Below are positions 19,554 through 28,689 of a stretch of DNA of 64,000 bases, one piece after another. The translations under genes were made by a program, and so were the position numbers. Source of the stretch: Clostridia bacterium (GTDB taxonomy: Bacteria; Bacillota; Clostridia; TANB77; CAG-508); contig JAZNWN010000001.1 of assembly GCA_045593405.1 (NCBI GenBank), positions 22,926 through 86,925 on the forward strand. The letters run 5' to 3'. The notes beneath the pieces are model-generated. The model saw only the letters and a list, made by a program, of their open reading frames with translations. It ran no database searches and was not told the origin of the DNA. Within the stretch, counting starts at the first letter, position 1; each line of letters starts with the position of its first letter.

Positions 19554-19652
19554 CTCTATCACCTCTGAAACAATATTATACAATTTTGGTTATAAAAAAG
19601 CAAGTGAGCAATACAATACTTGTAGGGCATGTACAAAAAGAATGACAAAAAC

Positions 19653-19731
19653 ATGAAAAACTTTTCATATTCTATTGACTATAAAAAATATTAGACGTAT
19701 AATGTGAATGTAAAATATGAAATAAATTTCA
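19653..19731 (+). promoter_or_regulatory. feoA promoter region: operator-like palindrome ATGAAAAACTTTTCAT, TTGACT-N17-TATAAT promoter, Fur-like box TGAAATAAATTTCA
   Basis: All three are read directly. -35 at 19675-19680, -10 at 19698-19703, imperfect dyad at 19718-19731 overlapping the predicted transcript start. Confidence 0.55.
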
Positions 19732-19744
19732 CAAGGGAGGGTGT

Positions 19745-19993
19745 ATGAAAAAACTTAAAGAAAAATGTGTATTGTCTGACTTAAAGGTAGGGCAAAAAGC
19801 AAGAGTTTTAAAACTTAATGAAACTAATAAAGCCATTAGAAGGCATTTATTAGATATGGGAGTGACTCGAGATACAATAGTTACAATAAAAAAAATTGCA
19901 CCTATGGGTGATCCAATAGATATTAGTTTAAGAGATTATGAATTATGTATTTGTAAGGCAGATTTGAGCAAAATTGACGTTGAAATAATTTGA
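19745..19993 (+). CDS. feoA: ferrous iron transport protein A
   Basis: 82-aa FeoA/SH3-like domain protein with the LKVGQKARVLKL pattern. Confidence 0.85.
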   Translation: MKKLKEKCVLSDLKVGQKARVLKLNETNKAIRRHLLDMGVTRDTIVTIKKIAPMGDPIDISLRDYELCICKADLSKIDVEII

Positions 19994-20129
19994 AAAAGAA
20001 TGGTTATATTGCTAGGCAGAATTTATTCGAAAGGCAAGGGCGCATACGTGTGTATGTAACCGCGTTTCGAATGAATTCTAACAACGCAAGATGGGCATTA
20101 TTTTTCAAATTTAAAGAAAGGAGAAAAAT

Positions 20130-22235
20130 ATGAAAATAGGTTTAGTTGGTAATCAAAATAGTGGAAAAACTACATTGTTCAATTTACTAACCGGAATGAA
20201 TGCAAAGATTGGAAACTGGCCAGGGGTAACAATAGAAAAGAAAAGTGGAACAATTAAAAACACAGATTATGAAATAACAGATTTACCAGGAATATATTCT
20301 TTAAGTCCATATAGCCAAGAAGAAGATATTTCAAGAAAATTTATTTTTGAAGAAAAACCAGATGTAATTATAAATATAGTAGACAGTACATCTTTAGAGA
20401 GAAGTTTGTATCTTACTACTCAACTATTAGAACTTGATACAAAAGTTATTGTCGCATTAAATATGGCAGATATTTTAGAAAAAAGAGGGATAAAAATAAA
20501 TATAAAAAAATTAGAAGAAATTCTTGGCGCAAAAGTATTAAAAATTTCTGCATTAAAAGGAACAGGAATAGAAGAACTAATTAAGGAAATAAAAAATACT
20601 AAAAAAGAAGAAGCAATACCAATATATGATCAAAATATTGAAAATACTATAAATCAAATAACAAAAATATTACCAAAAGAGATGGTTCATAAAAGATTTG
20701 TTTCAGTTAAATTGTTAGAAGAGGATGAGAGATTTAAAAGCTTGAATACACCAAGTATAAAAAAATTATCTAATGAATTATTAAAAAATTATGAAACAGA
20801 TTTGGAAGAAACTATTGCAACCCAAAGGTATAAATTTATAGAAGATGTAAAAGACAAATCATTTAAGAAAGTAAAACAAAGTGATACAATATCTGATAAA
20901 CTAGATAAAATATTTTTAAATAAATGGTTAGCTTTTCCTATATTTGTAATTATAATGTTTTTAGTTTATTATTTGTCAGTTGGGATAGTTGGAAGTTTTA
21001 CAGTTGATTGGGTAGCAGGTATAATGGAAACATTTGGTGAAGTTGTTGGAGGCTTCTTGGAAAGCATTGGTACATCAGAATGGGTAAATAGTTTAGTTGT
21101 AGATGGAATTATAGCAGGAGTAGGAGCAGTTTTGGGCTTTGTACCTCAATTAATAATTTTATTTATATGTATTTCAATTTTAGAAACAACAGGATATATG
21201 TCAAGAATAGCTTTATTATTAGACAGGTTGTTTAGAAAAATTGGATTAAGTGGAAAAAGCTTAATACCTTTTATTGTTGGTTCAGGCTGTAGTGTGCCAG
21301 GAATTATGGGAACAAGAATAATAGAAAATCAAGATGAAAGAGAAATGACAACTATACTTACTCCTTTTATTCCTTGTAGTGCAAAGTTGCCAATAATATC
21401 ATTGTTTTCAGGATATTTCTTTGGAGAAAATTCAGGAGTGGCCTCTGCTTCATTATATTTCTTTGCAATTATTATAATTATTATAAGTGCATTGATTATG
21501 AAAAAATTTGTATATAAAAATACAAGTAGTACATATATATCTGAATTACCAGAATATAAATTACCTAGTGCAAAATATATTGCAAAAGATGTATTTGATA
21601 AAGTAATAGCATTTATTAAAAGAGCAGGAAGTGTTATTCTAATATGCTCAATAGTAATATGGTTTTTACTATCATTCTCGACTAGTTTTGAATATGGAAT
21701 AGATGTGGAAGATAGCATATTAGCTTCAGTTGGTAAGAAAATTTCTTGGATATTCTATCCAATGCTTGGAGAAAATAGTTGGGGTCTGGCTGTATCTGCT
21801 GTTCAAGGATTAGTTGCAAAAGAACAAGTAATATCTTCAATGTCTGTAATTGCAGGACTAGCAGAAGAAGCTGAACAAGGAAGTCAAATATTTGGAAGTG
21901 ATGGTATATTTGGGTTCTTTACAGCATCATCGGCTTATGCGTTTATGGTATTTAATTTGTTTAGTGCACCATGCTTTGGAGCAATAGGAGCAATGAGAAG
22001 AGAACTTGGAAGAACGGAAAAAATGTTAAAAGCAATAACATATCAAACAGTTTTTGCTTGGTTTTTAGCTACATTTGTATATCAAATAGGAAGTAGAATT
22101 GAAAATGGAACATTTAACCTAGCGAATGTAATTGTAATTTCAGTTATAGCAATAATTGTTGTGGCTATTCTATTAAAAAGCAATAAAAGAAAAGAATGTG
22201 CAGGTTGTCCATATTGTAATTCATGTAACAAATAA
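20130..22235 (+). CDS. feoB: ferrous iron transport protein B
   Basis: N-terminal G-domain GNQNSGKTTLFN, long polytopic membrane domain and a Cys-rich tail CAGCPYCNSCNK. Confidence 0.95.
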   Translation: MKIGLVGNQNSGKTTLFNLLTGMNAKIGNWPGVTIEKKSGTIKNTDYEITDLPGIYSLSPYSQEEDISRKFIFEEKPDVIINIVDSTSLERSLYLTTQLLELDTKVIVALNMADILEKRGIKINIKKLEEILGAKVLKISALKGTGIEELIKEIKNTKKEEAIPIYDQNIENTINQITKILPKEMVHKRFVSVKLLEEDERFKSLNTPSIKKLSNELLKNYETDLEETIATQRYKFIEDVKDKSFKKVKQSDTISDKLDKIFLNKWLAFPIFVIIMFLVYYLSVGIVGSFTVDWVAGIMETFGEVVGGFLESIGTSEWVNSLVVDGIIAGVGAVLGFVPQLIILFICISILETTGYMSRIALLLDRLFRKIGLSGKSLIPFIVGSGCSVPGIMGTRIIENQDEREMTTILTPFIPCSAKLPIISLFSGYFFGENSGVASASLYFFAIIIIIISALIMKKFVYKNTSSTYISELPEYKLPSAKYIAKDVFDKVIAFIKRAGSVILICSIVIWFLLSFSTSFEYGIDVEDSILASVGKKISWIFYPMLGENSWGLAVSAVQGLVAKEQVISSMSVIAGLAEEAEQGSQIFGSDGIFGFFTASSAYAFMVFNLFSAPCFGAIGAMRRELGRTEKMLKAITYQTVFAWFLATFVYQIGSRIENGTFNLANVIVISVIAIIVVAILLKSNKRKECAGCPYCNSCNK

Positions 22236-22237
22236 AA

Positions 22238-22268
22238 TTACCCCAGTAAGATTTCTTACTGGGTATTT
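22238..22268 (+). terminator. rho-independent terminator after feoB
   Basis: CCCAGTAAGA-TTTC-TTACTGGG followed by TATTTTTTG. Confidence 0.8.
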
Positions 22269-22444
22269 TTTGTTGGAGGATTTACTTTTCATATTTATCG
22301 TATTCCCATTTATTAAAATCGTCAATGGAAAATTTATTAAAAAAATTTAAAAAAATATTGTAAAAAAATGTTATATATGATATAAAAAAAATATTAATAT
22401 TATCGTGAATTTACACGAATGAAAAAGGGGAGGATTATAAAAAA

Positions 22445-24532
22445 ATGAAAATAAAAAGGATTTTATTATTAATGTCAATATTTTTATTTGTATTAGCTTT
22501 AGCTATTATACCAAATAAAGTATTAGCAACAGAAATGAGTGAAGAGTTTAAGAACATTTTAAATGATGAAGGCGAACTAGTTGTAACAGATACCACTATG
22601 TATGAAGACAAAGTTATGTTTTTATGGGAGTACTTACTAAATTATGGTACGAGTGATTATAGCTTTGCTGTAAACTATTATAATGAAGAAGATGATACTT
22701 GTAGCATTTCAATAACTCATACTGATGAAACACATACAGTACCAGTTGTATATGAAGAGAAATATAGTGATGAATTTAAAACTATATTAAAAGATGGAAA
22801 AATAGAATTACCAACTTCTAGTAAAAATTTTTCAGCAGAGTGGATAGAAACTTATTTACAAAGATTAGGTGATGAAAATTATTTTTTTGAAATCGCTAGT
22901 TATTATGATTATGAAAAAGGTGACTATATTAAACTTATAAATGAAGATAATACTAAAGCAACTGTAGTAATGAGAGAAAATGGAGGAAGTAAGTCTGAAC
23001 GACATATAATTGAGTTTGTAAAAGTAACAGAACAAAGTGAAAATTATAAAAAATACTTGAATGAAGATGGTAAATTAGTAGTAAATGGTATTAAACCATC
23101 AAATGAAATGGAGTTTGTTGTTTTATTTGAATTATTAATCTGGAAAGAAGATCTTGATATGGGATGGGGATATATAGCAGAAGATTTTTCGTCTTGTGAT
23201 TTTACAGTTAATAATGAAACACATACAGTTGAAATTGTATATAACTATGATAGTTCAGTAAAGAGCAAATTACAAAGTTTAATAAATAATTTCCCAGAAG
23301 ATATAGAATACTTTACAGTTCAAGATATGGAATTAATAAATTATTGGGTAAATACAATAGATAATGATGATGTAAACACTTTAGCTGGATATTCTGGAGA
23401 ATTAAAATCATATATAAATAATTATAATGTAAAATTAATTGTTGACACTCGTGCTGGATGGGATACAGCTTTTATGACAGCTAGAGCTGGTATGTCATTA
23501 ATTACTCATAATGATATTGCTTATTATGCTAGTCATTGGTTAGGTGCGCAAGGAAAACATATAATTTATGTACCTAATGAAACAGGAGATTCTAAAGATG
23601 AGCTTATAGCAGCTGCTCAAAAAAGAATAAATGAATATTTAGGAGATGAAAATATAGTAACAGTATCTTATGCTGGAAAAGCTGATAGGGTTCATGCACA
23701 GTTTGAGTATGAATATTATAGAGACTGGTGGGAAATAGAAAATCCTAATATGACTCTTGATGAGTTTATAGCAGAAAATTATCCAGAAGGAATTGACCTT
23801 AGTGAGCCTATGACAGGTATTGAAAATCTTAATGCTAATGATGATGTATTTAAAGTAACTGTAAAAGTAGGAGATATAGAAAGAAGTTTTAATATTTTTA
23901 TTAAAAAAGATAGTTCAAAAATGATTTTACCTACATATGCTACAGCTGATATGAAAACAAATGTTGAAATAAGTACAGAATCTTCTTCAATTCCATTAGA
24001 CACACAAGTTCAAGCTAATAAATTGACAAGTGGAACAGAATATGAAAGAATTGTAAATATACTAGAAGTAGAAGATAATGCTACTTATGATTTAAAATTA
24101 TATTCTAATTCATTAAAAGAATTTGTTACAAAACTTGAAGATGGAACATTTGAAGTAAAAATACCAATACCAGAGGAATTAGAAGGCAAAACATTAATTG
24201 TATATTATGTTGATGAAAATGATAATGTAACAGAACATGAAGTAACTGTTAAAGATGGATTTGCATCATTCGAAACAGACCACTTTAGTACTTATGTGTT
24301 AGCAGAAAAAGTGGAAGAAGATAATAATACAGATGACACTGATTCTGGAAATGCAAATACTGGAAATCCAACTGGTAGTGGAAGTAGTAGCGAAGAAACA
24401 AATAATAACCATACAGCTACAGGAAAAAACCCACAAACTGGAGATAATATAATATTATTTGTAGCAGTTTTAGTAATTGCAGTAGTAGGTATTCTTACAA
24501 CAACAATACTAAAAAAACATAAAAACAAATAG
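22445..24532 (+). CDS. cell-wall anchored surface protein with NPQTG sorting signal (sortase B-type substrate)
   Basis: Signal peptide MKIKRILLLMSIFLFVLALA. C-terminal NPQTG, hydrophobic segment and KKHKNK tail. Internal repeats of about 120 aa containing ETHTV-x-VYEE/VYNYD. Ser/Thr/Gly/Asn-rich stalk. Confidence 0.8.
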   Translation: MKIKRILLLMSIFLFVLALAIIPNKVLATEMSEEFKNILNDEGELVVTDTTMYEDKVMFLWEYLLNYGTSDYSFAVNYYNEEDDTCSISITHTDETHTVPVVYEEKYSDEFKTILKDGKIELPTSSKNFSAEWIETYLQRLGDENYFFEIASYYDYEKGDYIKLINEDNTKATVVMRENGGSKSERHIIEFVKVTEQSENYKKYLNEDGKLVVNGIKPSNEMEFVVLFELLIWKEDLDMGWGYIAEDFSSCDFTVNNETHTVEIVYNYDSSVKSKLQSLINNFPEDIEYFTVQDMELINYWVNTIDNDDVNTLAGYSGELKSYINNYNVKLIVDTRAGWDTAFMTARAGMSLITHNDIAYYASHWLGAQGKHIIYVPNETGDSKDELIAAAQKRINEYLGDENIVTVSYAGKADRVHAQFEYEYYRDWWEIENPNMTLDEFIAENYPEGIDLSEPMTGIENLNANDDVFKVTVKVGDIERSFNIFIKKDSSKMILPTYATADMKTNVEISTESSSIPLDTQVQANKLTSGTEYERIVNILEVEDNATYDLKLYSNSLKEFVTKLEDGTFEVKIPIPEELEGKTLIVYYVDENDNVTEHEVTVKDGFASFETDHFSTYVLAEKVEEDNNTDDTDSGNANTGNPTGSGSSSEETNNNHTATGKNPQTGDNIILFVAVLVIAVVGILTTTILKKHKNK

Positions 24533-24601
24533 TTTTTGATATAATAAATAGACTAGCAAGACAATAGCTAGTCTATTTTAGTAAAAGGGGCATTATATTT
24601 T

Positions 24602-25357
24602 ATGGAAAAAAATTCTAAGAAAAAAAATAAAAGTATAGTTATTTTATCTATATTAAGAATAATCTTTATTATAGCATTAATTATATCCATAATATATATC
24701 ATAAAATGGTATATAGATAGTAAACAAAACAAAGTAATAGAACAAAAAGTCTCAGAAGCAATAACGATAGAAAATAAAGAAGATAGCAAAGATAATGAAT
24801 ATAAAATAGATTTTGAAAAGTTAAAAGAGATTAATAATGAAATAGTAGCTTGGTTAAAAGTAAGAGGCACAGATATAGAGTATTCAGTAGTACAAGCAGA
24901 TGATAATAATTATTATTTAAAAAGAAATTTAAAAAAAGAATACAATATTGCTGGATGGGTCTTTGCTGATTATAAAAATAAACTTGATGGAACAGATAAA
25001 AATATAATAATATATGGGCATAACATGAGAGATGATTCAATGTTTGGAACTTTAAAAAATGTTTTGAAAGAACAATGGTATAATAATCAAGAGAATTATA
25101 TAATTAATTTTATAACGGAAAACAGACAAGAAAAATATCAAGTGTTTTCCGTTTACCAAATAGTAAATGAAGATTATTATATAGATACAGAGTTTGAAAA
25201 TAATGAGTTTGAAGATTTCATAAAAACATTAAAGAGTAGAAGTATAAAAGATTTTAATATAGAAGTAACAAAAGAAGATACTATATTAACTCTATCTACT
25301 TGTGCAAATAATAATAAATATAGAGTAGTATTACATGCTAAAAAAATACAGGAATAA
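24602..25357 (+). CDS. srtB: class B sortase
   Basis: N-terminal membrane anchor, catalytic His (IIYGHNM) and TLSTC active-site Cys motif. Lies immediately downstream of the NPQTG protein. Confidence 0.85.
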   Translation: MEKNSKKKNKSIVILSILRIIFIIALIISIIYIIKWYIDSKQNKVIEQKVSEAITIENKEDSKDNEYKIDFEKLKEINNEIVAWLKVRGTDIEYSVVQADDNNYYLKRNLKKEYNIAGWVFADYKNKLDGTDKNIIIYGHNMRDDSMFGTLKNVLKEQWYNNQENYIINFITENRQEKYQVFSVYQIVNEDYYIDTEFENNEFEDFIKTLKSRSIKDFNIEVTKEDTILTLSTCANNNKYRVVLHAKKIQE

Positions 25358-25449
25358 ATAAAATAATTAAAAAATACTACCCAAATTTAAAAATATATGT
25401 TAAAATATATCGGTGAATTAAATTTTTAATAAAAAGGGAGAGTGAAAAC

Positions 25450-26175
25450 ATGTCAGGACATAGCAAATGGCATAATATTCAAGCGAAAAAAGGAAAAGCA
25501 GATGCAGCAAGAGGAAAGATATTTACAAAATTAGGTAGAGAATTATTAATGGCTGTAAAACAAGGTGGACCAGATCCAGCAGGAAATGCAAAACTTCGAG
25601 ATGTTATTGCAAAATGTAAATCAAACAATATGCCAAATGATACAATTAATAATGCAATAAAAAGAGCAGCAGGAGCAAATAACAGTGAAAATTATGAAGA
25701 AATTACATATGAAGGATATGGACCAAATGGTGTTGCTGTAATTGTAAATGCATCAACAGATAATAAAAATAGAACAGCAGCAGATGTAAGACATGTATTT
25801 GATAAATTTGGTGGAAACTTAGGAACAGCAGGATGTGTTTCTTATATGTTTGAAAGAAAAGGTGTTATTGTAATTGAAAAAACATCAACAACTTTAAGTG
25901 AAGATGATTTAATGATGCTTGCTTTAGATAATGGTGCAGATAACATGGAAACAGACGAAGAAATCTATGAAATAACATCTGATCCAGCAGAGTTTTCTAC
26001 ATTAAGAGAAGCTTTAGAAACTAATGGATTAACATTTGCACAAGCAGAAATTCAAATGGTTCCAAGTACATATGTTTCATTAGATGAAAATGGAGTAAGA
26101 AGAATGGAATTATTACTAGAAAAATTAGATGAATTAGATGATGTAATAGAAGTATTTCATAATTGGGAAGAATAG
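25450..26175 (+). CDS. YebC/PmpR family DNA-binding transcriptional regulator
   Basis: Characteristic N-terminus [31 protein letters not shown]. Confidence 0.95.
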   Translation: MSGHSKWHNIQAKKGKADAARGKIFTKLGRELLMAVKQGGPDPAGNAKLRDVIAKCKSNNMPNDTINNAIKRAAGANNSENYEEITYEGYGPNGVAVIVNASTDNKNRTAADVRHVFDKFGGNLGTAGCVSYMFERKGVIVIEKTSTTLSEDDLMMLALDNGADNMETDEEIYEITSDPAEFSTLREALETNGLTFAQAEIQMVPSTYVSLDENGVRRMELLLEKLDELDDVIEVFHNWEE

Positions 26176-26182
26176 AATTTTG

Positions 26183-26259
26183 TGTAGGGGTCGGTCTTGA
26201 CCGACCCGAAAATAAATATATTATAATCATAACGGGCTGGTCTTGACCAGCCCCTACAA
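26183..26259. repeat. BIME-like composite: two inverted REP-like half units (GGGTCGGTC-TTG-ACCGACCC and GGGCTGGTC-TTG-ACCAGCCC) flanking a 25-nt AT-rich spacer
   Basis: TGTAGGGG at the left end and CCCCTACAA at the right end. Same architecture at 37340-37417 and 44337-44417. Confidence 0.9.
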
Positions 26260-26261
26260 AT

Positions 26262-27488
26262 TTATAATGTAATCAATTTATTTGTTAAATCCAAATTTGC
26301 TTTTGGATTTTTTTTGTAACCCAAAGTATAAATATTGCTTGCAAACATATCTTTCTCAAGCATTTTTTTTAATATTTTATTTTTATTTGTATCTAAAAAT
26401 TTCTTAGGAGAAGTAACAATATTCAATTTCTTATTTGTTTTTGATATTTTAGATAGTAGCTCTTTTCCTTTTTGATTTACTCCAAGTACACGGATGTAGG
26501 GAAGAACTTTATAAGAATCTTCAATATCTTTTTTAGTAATGTTTAATAAAACGTATAATAAAATTCTATTAATTCTTGTCATGGTATATCTTTTTGATTT
26601 AATCATATTAGTTAAATCTACTAATGTATTACAAGAGTCAGAGGCTTTTTTAATTTTATTTTCTAAACCTTCAGAAACATCAGGGAGGATTGATATTTCT
26701 TGGGTACTCATAGTTCTTAATTTATATAGAATTGCTTGCTCAAAAGTAGCAATTCCGGGAACGAATTCATTTTTTGAAATTTTATCTTGCAAAATTTTAT
26801 AAGAAGCTTTTGGCATACATTTTTCAAGATTTTCACCATTTGCAATCCCTTGTCTAATTGCAGTTGCACTAGGATAAAAATCTTCTAGATCAGTACTATT
26901 ATATTTTGATCCTTTTCTTGTAACTGTAACTGCACTTAATCTAGCTTTTTGTTTTTGTATGGCTTTCAAATATTCTATTCCTAAAATATTATTAGATTCA
27001 GAAAGTATATTTGCATATTTGCGAATATCATTTAAATACATTAAAAGAGCATGTTCACGTGCTTTTGGAAATGATACTCCTAAGGAAAGCTCATGATTTA
27101 GTATAGATAAATATTCTGGTGGTTCTTGAACTAAAACTTTTGCAATTTCATTTAAAACAGAAATGTTTCCAGATTCACTTCCAAAAGAAATAGTAGTATC
27201 CATGTTTAAGCTATTTAAAATTTTTATAGCTCCCATAGCAAAATTTTCAGCACTTGAAATACTATACACTAAAGGTAATTCAATTACTAAATCAACACCA
27301 TTTTTTAAGGCCATTTCAGCTCTAGACCATTTATCTATAATTGCTGTATCTCCACGTTCTACAAAATTACCACTCATAATTGCAACTGTATAGTCAGGTT
27401 TAATAATTCTTTTAGATTCTTTTAAATGATATAAATGACCTAAATGAAATGGATTATATTCACTTACTATTCCTAATATTTTATCCAT
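26262..27488 (-). CDS. tmcAL: tRNA(Met) cytidine acetate ligase (YlbM/UPF0348 nucleotidyltransferase family)
   Basis: N-terminus MDKILGIVSEYNPFHLGHLYHL (HxGH nucleotidyltransferase motif). About 400 aa, as expected for this family. Confidence 0.8.
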   Translation of the reverse strand: MDKILGIVSEYNPFHLGHLYHLKESKRIIKPDYTVAIMSGNFVERGDTAIIDKWSRAEMALKNGVDLVIELPLVYSISSAENFAMGAIKILNSLNMDTTISFGSESGNISVLNEIAKVLVQEPPEYLSILNHELSLGVSFPKAREHALLMYLNDIRKYANILSESNNILGIEYLKAIQKQKARLSAVTVTRKGSKYNSTDLEDFYPSATAIRQGIANGENLEKCMPKASYKILQDKISKNEFVPGIATFEQAILYKLRTMSTQEISILPDVSEGLENKIKKASDSCNTLVDLTNMIKSKRYTMTRINRILLYVLLNITKKDIEDSYKVLPYIRVLGVNQKGKELLSKISKTNKKLNIVTSPKKFLDTNKNKILKKMLEKDMFASNIYTLGYKKNPKANLDLTNKLITL

Positions 27489-27559
27489 AAAAAACTCCTA
27501 AATTATTGCATTTGTAAATTATTTACTGATATAATATCATAAACAAAATGTTATCGCAA

Positions 27560-27730
27560 GAGATTAGATAAATACTTCGAAGAAATGGCAAGAGAGCCCC
27601 TTTAATAAGGGGGCAGTCACCGTTAGGTGACTGGGGGTTCTTTCTAAGGAGTTTTAAGAACCCTCCGTCAGCCTTCGGATGCCACCTCCCTTGTTAAAGG
27701 AGGTTTCTTGCAAGGTCATCGAAGCATAAA
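27560..27730. ncRNA. candidate structured RNA / leader element (GC-rich multi-hairpin domain), identity unresolved
   Basis: Lies in the AT-rich divergent intergenic region between tmcAL and rnhA. Four consecutive GC-rich hairpins (CCCCTT..AAGGGG, CAGTCACC..GTGACTG, GGGTTCTT..AAGAACCC, CCTCC..GGAGG) are enclosed by a closing helix (GCAAGA..TCTTGC, CTTCGA..TCGAAG). Confidence 0.35.
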
Positions 27731-27745
27731 TAAAGGAGAAATATT

Positions 27746-28186
27746 ATGAACAAAGAAGTTATAATCTATACAGATGGAGCATGTTCTGGAAACCCAGGTC
27801 CAGGAGGATGGGGAACAATACTTATGTATAAAGATTCAAAAAAAGAAATAAGTGGATATAAAAAAGATACTACTAATAATGTAATGGAAATAACAGCTGT
27901 AATAGAAGGCCTGAAATTATTAAAAGAACCTTGTAATGTTCAAATTTATAGTGACAGCGCGTATGTAGTAAATGCATTTAATCAGCATTGGATAGAAAAT
28001 TGGATTAAGAAAAACTGGCAAAACTCAAAAAAAGAACCAGTAAAAAATAAAGAACTATGGCTAGAATTATATGCATTAGTAAAACAACATGAAGTTGAAT
28101 TTATAAAAGTAAAAGGACATAGTGATAATGAATTTAATAATAGATGTGATGAATTAGCAAGAAATGCAATAACAGAAAATCAATAA
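27746..28186 (+). CDS. rnhA: ribonuclease HI
   Basis: [17 protein letters not shown] catalytic N-terminus, 146 aa. Confidence 0.95.
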   Translation: MNKEVIIYTDGACSGNPGPGGWGTILMYKDSKKEISGYKKDTTNNVMEITAVIEGLKLLKEPCNVQIYSDSAYVVNAFNQHWIENWIKKNWQNSKKEPVKNKELWLELYALVKQHEVEFIKVKGHSDNEFNNRCDELARNAITENQ

Positions 28187-28263
28187 ATAAAAATACCTTA
28201 ACACTTCATAATAATGATGTGTCAAGGTATTTTTTTGTTCAAATGAACCTCATGGAATTTTGA

Positions 28264-28440
28264 TTACTCCTTGGTAAAAACTAAGTAAGCATTGTGTTTT
28301 TCGTATGCAGCACCAGCTGTACAAGATAAAGCAGTCAGCTTAAAACCCTTACGATTCATTTCAGAAGTGATTTTCTGAATATCATCTACAAGATGATATC
28401 CACCTTCTTTCATATGTACATACTTAATCTGTTGTTCCAT
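28264..28440 (-). CDS. small protein (58 aa), possibly DUF4177-like
   Basis: GAAAGGGG RBS 8 nt upstream of the ATG. Encodes MEQQIKYVHMKEGGYHLVDDIQKITSEMNRKGFKLTALSCTAGAAYEKHNAYLVFTKE. The ORF track lists a different-frame overlapping ORF instead. Confidence 0.45.
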   Translation of the reverse strand: MEQQIKYVHMKEGGYHLVDDIQKITSEMNRKGFKLTALSCTAGAAYEKHNAYLVFTKE

Positions 28441-28539
28441 GATTTTGCCCCTTTCTTTAAATTTAGTATTGCATAATAAGTATAAAGAGGTTCAATTGTT
28501 AACATAAGTATTTTAACATAATATATAAATTTTTGCAAA

Positions 28540-28563
28540 TGTAGGGGCGATTTTAATCGCCCG
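28540..28563. repeat. REP-like short unit GTAGGGGCGATTTTAATCGCCC
   Basis: Nearly identical to the short units at 1873 and 41622. Confidence 0.9.
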
Positions 28564-28689
28564 TGTTTCGAAGATATATTTTTAAATATTGGCATTTCTA
28601 CAATTTTATTAAAAAAAAGTTGATTTTTATTTTTTTTTGATATATAATATCACACGGTTAAAAAAAGAAAAAAGAAAGAAGGTTTGTTT

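Noticed and set aside
27560-27730. glmS ribozyme identity for the structured element upstream of rnhA
   Set aside because: Only a short GGATGCC...CCTCCC resemblance. The downstream gene is rnhA, not glmS, and the overall pairing scheme does not match the glmS pseudoknotted core.
28410-28595. 61-aa minus-strand ORF upstream of ppdK
   Set aside because: Different frame from the RBS-supported 58-aa ORF (28264-28440), and it runs into the REP unit at 28540.
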